Source of the DNA: Gammaproteobacteria bacterium (ex Lamellibrachia satsuma)
GTDB lineage: Bacteria; Pseudomonadota; Gammaproteobacteria; Chromatiales; Chromatiaceae
DNA: 64,000 nt
Direction of reading: 5' to 3'
Assembly (NCBI GenBank): GCA_019623805.1
Contig: CP053680.1
Location: forward strand, 4,224,423 to 4,288,422
The position numbers and the translations under genes were made by a program. Under the pieces are notes generated by a model that saw only the letters and a list, made by a program, of their open reading frames with translations, was not told the origin of the DNA and searched no databases. This document shows positions 50,493 through 58,094 of this stretch, piece after piece. The first letter of the stretch is position 1, and every line of letters begins with the position of its first letter.

Positions 50493-52043
50493 TTACTCCT
50501 TTGCAGCCTCATGGCTAGAGCCAAAAGGTGCTGCATACTTCTCACTGTAGAACACTTCAAACTCTGCCCCATCTTTCCAGGCATCAGCGGACAATCCCGC
50601 CTTTCTCGCCAGATAGGTCAACGTCTGCTCCCGATTCCAGCCCTGCTCCACCGCAACCTCCGGAAGAAAAACTGCACTGCGCCCCTGTTTTTTAAAAATA
50701 ATACCCTGTTGGCCCACTTTGAAAGCTTCGAAGTGGGCAATGGGACGCGGAGGTGTCAATACACTCACCTCGATCTCAAGCCCCTCCAACTCTTCCGGGG
50801 TTACCGGCGGAAAGCGGCGATCCCGTACCGCTGCATTGCCGCCATTATTCAACACTGCCTGGAAGAGTGGGTCGCGTGGTCGAATATAGCCAATACAACC
50901 ACGCAACATACCGTCCTTTTTAAGGGTCACAAACGCCCCTGAAGGTCGCTCAAGCTCCGGTGGCAGATTGCGCAGCAACTGCTCACCTTCATGCTTGTCA
51001 TCCAGTACCGCACGCCTGATTCCGGCCACTGCAATCTGGTGCAATCTCTTGAGCTGCTCACTGCCCAGACGCCTGACTGAACCCTGGCTGCCAGCGATTG
51101 CTGTCGGAACATTCACTGCAATCACCACGTAGCTGACCGAATTTTCATAGTTGCCTGTCAGTTGGCCACTGGTCTTATAGGCCAGTGGCTCCAGTTCCGC
51201 CGAGACTGGCAACATGTGCAACAGCAGTGCAATGGGACGAAACCCACAGATGGTGATTCCGGTGCGCTGTTGATAGTCAAGAAACCCCTTTGCATCCCTC
51301 GCCACTATCCGCTCAATCGCCCCCCCATCAAGTTGCTGGATATTTGCAGGCGTCTCATCATTCAACGGAAACGGCGTATAGCCAAACCGTTTGCCATAGT
51401 GGGCGAAGTCGCTGGAAACCACCACCAGAGTCTGCTCATCCGCCAGTTCACGCAGCAGTTTTGCTGCCTGCGGGTAGGCCTCATCGTCCATCTGCCCCAC
51501 AAGTACCGGCACCAGTTTCCAACCCGGCTCCAGTACACGCTGCAGTAACGGCAGTTCAATTTCGATGCTGTGTTCCCGTTTGTGTGCCTTTGCATCTGCA
51601 CTGACAAGAGGCGATTTGCGCAACTGCTGTACTGCAACATGGTCAAGCGGCACTGAGCCTAGCGGAGTCTGGTAGGCAGCTACATCTGCAATAGAGAGTC
51701 CTTTGAAGGCGCTGTAGTGGCTGGGCGCCAGCAACAGAACCCGTTTGTAATCCATGCCTCGCACCAACTTGAAGGCTTTGGCTGCGGTTGGCCCGCTGTA
51801 CATATAACCGGCATGGGGAACGATCAGCGCCCGGAGAGGATTTTTCGCCTTGGACTGGGCATCGGAAGGATCATCCAGAAAGCCGTCCACAACCTTGGAC
51901 AGCTGTAGCGGATTCACCGGATACCAGGAGCCTGCAAGCACACTCTCCCTGATCTTTTCACCCGCAAGGGACTGGGATATCAGCAACAGCCCCGCCAGCA
52001 AAAGCGCGGAAATTACCCATCGCTGAAATCGACCGAGTCTCAT
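50493..52043 (-). CDS. Memo (AmrB)-AMMECR1 (AmrA) fusion with N-terminal signal peptide
   Basis: AGSWYP, PHAGYMYSG, EHSIEIELP, SSDFAHYG, TICG (Memo); GAFVTL, LRGCIG, DRRFPPV, FLPEVA (AMMECR1). Confidence 0.9.
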   Translation of the reverse strand: MRLGRFQRWVISALLLAGLLLISQSLAGEKIRESVLAGSWYPVNPLQLSKVVDGFLDDPSDAQSKAKNPLRALIVPHAGYMYSGPTAAKAFKLVRGMDYKRVLLLAPSHYSAFKGLSIADVAAYQTPLGSVPLDHVAVQQLRKSPLVSADAKAHKREHSIEIELPLLQRVLEPGWKLVPVLVGQMDDEAYPQAAKLLRELADEQTLVVVSSDFAHYGKRFGYTPFPLNDETPANIQQLDGGAIERIVARDAKGFLDYQQRTGITICGFRPIALLLHMLPVSAELEPLAYKTSGQLTGNYENSVSYVVIAVNVPTAIAGSQGSVRRLGSEQLKRLHQIAVAGIRRAVLDDKHEGEQLLRNLPPELERPSGAFVTLKKDGMLRGCIGYIRPRDPLFQAVLNNGGNAAVRDRRFPPVTPEELEGLEIEVSVLTPPRPIAHFEAFKVGQQGIIFKKQGRSAVFLPEVAVEQGWNREQTLTYLARKAGLSADAWKDGAEFEVFYSEKYAAPFGSSHEAAKE

Positions 52044-52054
52044 TCTTCTCTCCT

Positions 52055-52231
52055 CTATTCGTCCTCTCCCCTGGGCCGATAGTAGTCCGCTTCACGCATG
52101 GCCATTTTCTCCTCCCGCGTGCTTCCTACCGCCCAAGGGAGGGCCATCACTCCTGCAATCATACCGCCCAGTACTCCCAGAAAACGCCTGCGAGAGTGCC
52201 CGTTGCGTCTCCACACCTCCCTCATCCTCAT
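52055..52231 (-). CDS. 58-aa twin-arginine (Tat) signal peptide protein, absent from the ORF track
   Basis: MRMREVWRRNGHSRRRFLGVLGGMIAGVMALPWAVGSTREEKMAMREADYYRPRGEDE*; TAATG overlap with the radical SAM stop; fills the gap to the RBS of the next gene. Confidence 0.75.
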   Translation of the reverse strand: MRMREVWRRNGHSRRRFLGVLGGMIAGVMALPWAVGSTREEKMAMREADYYRPRGEDE

Positions 52232-53208
52232 TACCAGACTCCCGGAACCGGCTCATTGCAGGTCGGACAACGACCGTCGCTGGTCAGTTTGTATTCACTG
52301 ATCATGAAACCCTCTCTCTTGATCAATAGAGTGCCATCGACCGGACAGTAGGTTGAATTACCTTTATGCCCTGAGATATTGCCGATATAAACATATTCCA
52401 ATCCCGCATCCATCGCCTCCTGACGCGCACGATCCAGGGTCTCTCCCGGCGTCGGCGGCAGGTTGCGCATCCGGTACATGGGATGAAAGCGGCTGAAATG
52501 GAGGGGAGTGCCTTCTCCCAGCTCACGCCTGATCCACTTCGCCATGCGCCGGATCATGGAGAGATCATCGTTCAGCGTCGGGATAAGCAGGTTGGTCACC
52601 TCCAGCCAGACCTCCTCCTCCCGAAACGTCACCAGGGCATCCAATACCGGCTGCAGCGTTGCCCCGGTTGTTTTGCGGTAGAAGCCGTCGTCGAAGGCCT
52701 TCAGATCGGTGTTAGTGGCGTCGATCACTTTACAGAGACGGCGTAGAGGCTCAGTGTTGATATAGCCGGCAGTGATGAACACATTCTTCATCCCGGCCTC
52801 ATGAGCCAGGATACTGCTGTCATAGACATATTCGTAGAAGACCACCGGATCGGAGTAAGTATAGGCGATGCTTTCGCAGCCCTGATCTCTGGCCAGGTCG
52901 ATGAGATCCACGGGGTCAGCGTTGAAGATCTCCTCTATCTCCTCCCCACCGCTTTGGGAAAGTTGCCAGTTCTGGCAGTTAAGGCAGTGCAGGTTGCAGC
53001 CTGCCGTCGCAATGGAAAACACGGGTGAACCGGGATGAAAATGGTAGAGCGGTTTCTTCTCCATCGGGTCGATATGCATCGCGGAGGGCCGTCCGTAGGT
53101 GGAAGCCAGCAGTTTGCCACCAACATTGACCCGCACCCGGCAGTCACCAGCCCCTCCTTCGGGGATCACACACTTGCGCGGACAGAGTTCGCAAACCACC
53201 TCTCTCAT
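52231..53208 (-). CDS. amrS: AmmeMemoRadiSam radical SAM enzyme
   Basis: CELCPRKC...C, DPMEKKPLYHFHPG, GCNLHCLNCQN, TYSDP, FSRFHP. ATG 53208 follows a GGAGGA RBS with ATGA overlap. Confidence 0.92.
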   Translation of the reverse strand: MREVVCELCPRKCVIPEGGAGDCRVRVNVGGKLLASTYGRPSAMHIDPMEKKPLYHFHPGSPVFSIATAGCNLHCLNCQNWQLSQSGGEEIEEIFNADPVDLIDLARDQGCESIAYTYSDPVVFYEYVYDSSILAHEAGMKNVFITAGYINTEPLRRLCKVIDATNTDLKAFDDGFYRKTTGATLQPVLDALVTFREEEVWLEVTNLLIPTLNDDLSMIRRMAKWIRRELGEGTPLHFSRFHPMYRMRNLPPTPGETLDRARQEAMDAGLEYVYIGNISGHKGNSTYCPVDGTLLIKREGFMISEYKLTSDGRCPTCNEPVPGVW

Positions 53209-53471
53209 GGCGTTCCTCCGTGCTTGGGTAGCTGCAACTCCGCTGGTTTGGCGACATGGAACCACTCAGCTTCATGAGCACTCAACTTGCCGCTATCCAG
53301 TCTTTCTTGGAAGATTTCCATATCGATACGCCGCCAGCTTGAGCCAGTCATCTCCCCCTCTTGCTGCCCGACCAAAAACAACGCGATCACGACCAACGTC
53401 AGGCTCAACAGCCCGATGAGTCTGTAATCACTGCTATGCCAATGCCGGATCGCTTGTAACATGGAAATCAT
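53205..53471 (-). CDS. Small single-TM protein ending in LSAHEAEWF motif
   Basis: 88 aa, TM segment LIGLLSLTLVVIALFLVG; translationally coupled to amrS. Confidence 0.7.
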   Translation of the reverse strand: MISMLQAIRHWHSSDYRLIGLLSLTLVVIALFLVGQQEGEMTGSSWRRIDMEIFQERLDSGKLSAHEAEWFHVAKPAELQLPKHGGTP

Positions 53472-53541
53472 GGCCTAAATTTCCCGCTTTCTTCTAACAG
53501 TTTAGACAGAAACCAGTGGCCTGTGTTTTACCCGGTTACCG

Positions 53542-56500
53542 CTATCTCTCCTTCCCAAATCCACGGGGCTTGAGATGGGTATCCCTACCGGTAAGACAGC
53601 GGTTACAACGGATACAGTCGATGTCGAAGGTTTCCCGCACCCCGAGGTCACAATGGTTGAAACGGCGCTCCGGCGCCAGTCGCTGCAACAGGGCAAATTT
53701 ATTACCGAAGGCCAAAAACGCCCCCAGCGGGCAGAGATAACGACACCAAAAGCGGTAGTGAAAAAGCGCCCCCAGCATGACCAACAGCAGTATTCCAAGC
53801 ATCCATTCTGGCCAGTGCTCACCGAATACATACTGCATCGGATCGAATAGCGCCCAGGATGAATCACCGCTACCCCATACCACAATCAACAGCAAGCCGA
53901 GCAGCAGGTACTTCAAAAACCGCAGCCGGGAATCCAACGGGCGGCTGGCATAGCTGCGCAAGCCCAGCCGATGCCCGATTCGGGAGACAAACTCCTGCAA
54001 TGCCCCGAACGGACAGAGATAGCCGCACCAAACAGGACCAAACATCACTGTCGTAACAAGCGCAAATCCTATCAACAGCCAGTGTTGCGGATTATCGGCA
54101 ACAGAGGCGAAAAAACCCAGGCCCAAGTTGACCAGATCCACCTCAGTCACCTGACTGTTGAGCCAAAACCCAAGAACCATCAAGGCAGCGAACTGATAGA
54201 TTAATCTGCCGTTTTCACTGCCTGAAAGATAAACGGGAAAAAACAGCAGCAATAGTCCCACAGTCACCATAATCGCAGGAGAGTACCAAGCAGATTGTGC
54301 CTCCTCTTGTGATACGACTTGAGCAAAACTTTTGCCGAACGCGGTTTGCCCTGCCACATGAGCCGCCTGGTTGATCGATGCCAATGCCGCCTCACTGCTG
54401 ACGGTTGCTCCGGTGAGGGCATCAACACGGGAAAGTGATAATGATTCAGCCGAGAGATCTGTCCCTGCAAGACTGGTAAGCCAACCATCGATGCCGGAAA
54501 TATAGGAGGGGGTCTCATTGGAATCGATATAACGCACACCCCGTAATCGCCCCATTGCATCCACGGAGAGCAACAGATTGAGCGGTCCTGCAAATCCCAA
54601 CACATCCGGCGCTGCTGCCATTGAAGCCAGAGAGACAGTATCTGCCTGACCATCTGGAGCCGAGCCAATATAGTGAATGAATGGCATTTCCTTCAGTTCA
54701 AATACACTTGATTCACTGACTGCTGCCAGCAATTGATCGCTGAAGTGGAGTTGAGGCGCAGGTTTTATGACCTGCTGATACTGTGCCCAGGCAAGACTCA
54801 GCAACACGAGAAAAACCAGCCCCCATCCCAGATTGGGCCAGGGAAAGGCGTGTCTGCCCCTGAGGTGTAGTGGCGACATTCCTTGTGGCACTAATGCTGT
54901 AAACAGCAAAGGTAGAAGCATCAATAGGGTGAATATCGCCAGCAGATAGCTGCTCCATTCAATACCAAGCAGTGGCACCATCAAAGCCCCTGTCACCAAT
55001 CCGCCAACAGCACCACCCAGATTATCCGCCGCCTGGTTAATGCCACTACTACGCACCACCACCGCCTGCTCCAACTCGGTGATCTTCACTCCCAGCGGAA
55101 ATCCTGTACCCACCAGCAGGCCCAACAGCAGCGAGATCAGGGGGTAGCCCCACTCCTGCCAGCCAATCGCCAACTGACCAAGCCAATTCAACAGATGAGG
55201 TAGCACAACCAGAACGGCGGTCACCAGTATCAGCACGATCCCCAGGCGGAGGGCAGGACGATCGATACGAGCCAACAGACTGCCCGCCCCTGCCCCTAAC
55301 GCAAGACCTGTCATAAAAAGCCCATTGAGCAGGGCCACCCGCTCAAACATAAAGCCGACATGGGACTGGTAACTGAACAGCACGGCAAGCTGGGCGGCCA
55401 TCGCGACCAGTCCGAGTACGAAAAGGATTTGCATGGATACCTTGCGCAGACGACTGCTGCGTTGACCAGCCTCAAGTGAGGCGCGGAGCAGCCATAGCAG
55501 AAGAAACAGCAACATCGGCAGCAGATAAGCCCAGATTCCCACGCCGCGCAGTTGCTCCATCCAGTCGGCAAAGCCAGAGGCACTGAACTGGCCCCATAAC
55601 AGCATGTTCAGGTAGTAGGTAACAGGCTGTGCATCGCTGTTGCGCTCGCTACCGGGCTGCTCCAGCTGATCCCGCACAAAACGCACCTCATCATCCGGCA
55701 GGATCGTGTAGAAGACTTTCGCCGGAAACCGATGATCTTCGAGCGGAATATCAAGGTAACGCGATTCCAGCTCCGATGCCGATTCGGTCACCCGTCCGGC
55801 AGTGGTGGAAGCACAGAAGAGATAGTTGTCACCGGGTGCGACCGCGATATTTGGCAGCACCTCCCGCAGCGTGCGAAAGACCGATCCACTGAAACTGCGA
55901 ACTGTGCGCCCGAGATAGTTGGATGCACCGCTCACGCGGGTGCAAAACACCCCGTCCGGCCCGAGTTGATGCCGCACACCCTGATAGAACTCCGAGGTGA
56001 AATAGCGGTTGCTGTAGGCGCTGGAAGGCGTCGCATTAAGCACCAGCACCAGATTGTAGTTTTCGGCCGCCGACAGGCTGTTGATATAGCGTCGACCATC
56101 CATGAAGTGAAGTTGGACACGGGGATCGGCCAGTGCCTTGCGGCTCTGCTCCGGCAGAAAGGGCATGACTTTCCGGAAGGCCTGCTCATCCTCCTCCACC
56201 ACGTCGATTCGGGTGACCGGATAGTGCAACAGCTCCACCGCTAGGCCACTGGCAAATCCGCCGAGCAGTAGTATCCGTTTTGCACCTGCCGCCTGGGACA
56301 TAAGATAGGCAGCCTGCTGACGAATCTCTAGCGGCAAGGGAAAACTCTCTGTTACTTGGCCGTTATTCACCAGCGTCGTCTGTTCGCCAAAGCCCGCTAT
56401 AGCCAAATGCCCATAGCGAGTCTCCGTCGTATCGAACAACTCCAGGCCCGGCTGCAAGGTGGAAAAACGCAGGGTCTCCATATGCCGGTCGAGCCAGGGA

Positions 56501-57180
56501 CTGACGACAGGTAAAGCAATGATTACACCAAGAACTGCCAGCAGGATAGCTGGCCGACGTGATCCGGCGTTGCAGCGTTTTAATTTTAACGCTGTAACCG
56601 CCAGCAACAGGGTAGTCACCCCGAGCGTACCGGTGATTCCCAACCACTGTATAAAGACAAAGGTGAAGAGCACCCCACCCAGCAGAGCCCCCAGTGCATC
56701 TGCAATGTAGAGCCGGGATATATCCCTGACGTTTTCCTGATTCTCCCCACCACCGGCAAAATCCCGCAAGGCCTTGCAGGCCAGCGGAAAGGCGAAACCC
56801 AACAGCAGGCCGCCGGGGGCAACGATCAGAAAGAGGGAGAGAAAGAGCTCCCCCAGTGGTACGAATTCGCTGGCGGAGACATCCAACAGCAGACGCACAG
56901 TACGCAGCATCAACACCTGCAGGATCAGTACCAAAGGTAGCAGTAGCAACAGACGGCTGATCCAGGGTAGAGGATCCTGCACCATAGGCCGTTCCCGCCA
57001 ACGCACCACCAGCAGGGAACCCAGCGCCAACCAGAAGAGCCAGCTGCCAAAGAAGGCGCCCAGACTGACTTCGTTGCCGTAGAAGACCACCAGCCCCTCC
57101 CTGATCAGAAGAGCCTGCACGATCTGGGAATAGGCGCCCAGAATCAGGATGGCGAAAAAGACCCTGCGGCTGGTTGGCAT
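53542..57180 (-). CDS. Polytopic membrane fusion: spermidine-synthase-like SAM-fold, FMN-binding domain and NosR/NapH-like 4Fe-4S module
   Basis: Q-ALLIRE...FYGNE TM block; ILLLGG...IDVVEED...DGRRYI; second TM block; GFAGPL...ETPSY...DALTGATVSS; CGYLCPFG, CRYLCPLG, CIRCNRC. Confidence 0.85.
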   Translation of the reverse strand: MPTSRRVFFAILILGAYSQIVQALLIREGLVVFYGNEVSLGAFFGSWLFWLALGSLLVVRWRERPMVQDPLPWISRLLLLLPLVLILQVLMLRTVRLLLDVSASEFVPLGELFLSLFLIVAPGGLLLGFAFPLACKALRDFAGGGENQENVRDISRLYIADALGALLGGVLFTFVFIQWLGITGTLGVTTLLLAVTALKLKRCNAGSRRPAILLAVLGVIIALPVVSPWLDRHMETLRFSTLQPGLELFDTTETRYGHLAIAGFGEQTTLVNNGQVTESFPLPLEIRQQAAYLMSQAAGAKRILLLGGFASGLAVELLHYPVTRIDVVEEDEQAFRKVMPFLPEQSRKALADPRVQLHFMDGRRYINSLSAAENYNLVLVLNATPSSAYSNRYFTSEFYQGVRHQLGPDGVFCTRVSGASNYLGRTVRSFSGSVFRTLREVLPNIAVAPGDNYLFCASTTAGRVTESASELESRYLDIPLEDHRFPAKVFYTILPDDEVRFVRDQLEQPGSERNSDAQPVTYYLNMLLWGQFSASGFADWMEQLRGVGIWAYLLPMLLFLLLWLLRASLEAGQRSSRLRKVSMQILFVLGLVAMAAQLAVLFSYQSHVGFMFERVALLNGLFMTGLALGAGAGSLLARIDRPALRLGIVLILVTAVLVVLPHLLNWLGQLAIGWQEWGYPLISLLLGLLVGTGFPLGVKITELEQAVVVRSSGINQAADNLGGAVGGLVTGALMVPLLGIEWSSYLLAIFTLLMLLPLLFTALVPQGMSPLHLRGRHAFPWPNLGWGLVFLVLLSLAWAQYQQVIKPAPQLHFSDQLLAAVSESSVFELKEMPFIHYIGSAPDGQADTVSLASMAAAPDVLGFAGPLNLLLSVDAMGRLRGVRYIDSNETPSYISGIDGWLTSLAGTDLSAESLSLSRVDALTGATVSSEAALASINQAAHVAGQTAFGKSFAQVVSQEEAQSAWYSPAIMVTVGLLLLFFPVYLSGSENGRLIYQFAALMVLGFWLNSQVTEVDLVNLGLGFFASVADNPQHWLLIGFALVTTVMFGPVWCGYLCPFGALQEFVSRIGHRLGLRSYASRPLDSRLRFLKYLLLGLLLIVVWGSGDSSWALFDPMQYVFGEHWPEWMLGILLLVMLGALFHYRFWCRYLCPLGAFLAFGNKFALLQRLAPERRFNHCDLGVRETFDIDCIRCNRCLTGRDTHLKPRGFGKER

Positions 57181-57390
57181 ACCCTTAGTTTAGGAGACTG
57201 TCGGGTTTAACACTGTTTGGCTGCAAATCCCTGGATGACGATCAACTCAGCTTATCGAACTCGTTAAATAGGTCCACTATTCGCCTCGTTCGATAAACTG
57301 ATTTGATTCGCCCCCAGAGATTTTCGCATCAAACGGAAAAACCCGACAGCCTCCCAGGTGAAATTATCCACCAGGAAATACCAACTACGC

Positions 57391-57477
57391 GTAAGCCTGA
57401 TCAAGCACAGCGGATCAGGCAAAACACGCTACGAACAAACAGCGTATGCCGGAACCATTACGCTTGATCCAGCCTAC
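57391..57477. repeat. Inverted pair of REP-like palindromes
   Basis: GTAAGCCTGATCAAGCACAGCGGATCAGGCA (+) and GTAGGCTGGATCAAGCGTAATGGTTCCGGCA (-). Confidence 0.55.
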
Positions 57478-57508
57478 ATTTCAGGATGGGGTGGAATAAG
57501 CTGGTTGC

Positions 57509-58093
57509 TCACTCTTTTTCCAATTCACCCTCAACCACAATCTTGCCCATCAGACTTGGCCAGGCTGCACGCAGGTAGATGACCATCGACCAGAGCGTCA
57601 GAATCGCCGAGATATAGAGCAGAACAAAACCGACTGTATGGATCGGCAATCCCCATAAGTCTTGCTGAATAATCAGCAGCAGAATAGCCAGCATCTGAGC
57701 CGCAGTTTTGAATTTTCCGATGGCTGACACCGCCACCTGAGCTCGAGCCCCCAGTGCGGCCATCCACTCCCGCAGGGCCGATATGGTGATCTCTCGTCCG
57801 ATAATGATGGCGGCGGGAAGCGCCAGCCATGGGGTTGGTTCCGACTGCACCAGCAATAACAGGGCAACGGCTACCATCAGCTTGTCGGCGACCGGATCAA
57901 GAAATGCTCCAAAGGGTGACACCTGTCCCCAGCGACGGGCCAGAAATCCATCCAGCCAGTCTGTAACTGCTGCCAGAGCAAAAACAGCAGCGCAGCCTAT
58001 CCGCGCCCACTCAACCGGCAGATAGAAAATCAGCACAAAGACCGGTATCAGTACGATCCGCAGCAAAGTGAGAAGATTGGGGATGTTCCACAT
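57509..58093 (-). CDS. pgsA: CDP-diacylglycerol--glycerol-3-phosphate 3-phosphatidyltransferase
   Basis: NIPNLLTLLRI, TDWLDGFLARR, GAFLDPVADK. Start set at ATG 58093. Confidence 0.95.
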   Translation of the reverse strand: MWNIPNLLTLLRIVLIPVFVLIFYLPVEWARIGCAAVFALAAVTDWLDGFLARRWGQVSPFGAFLDPVADKLMVAVALLLLVQSEPTPWLALPAAIIIGREITISALREWMAALGARAQVAVSAIGKFKTAAQMLAILLLIIQQDLWGLPIHTVGFVLLYISAILTLWSMVIYLRAAWPSLMGKIVVEGELEKE

Positions 58094-58094
58094 A

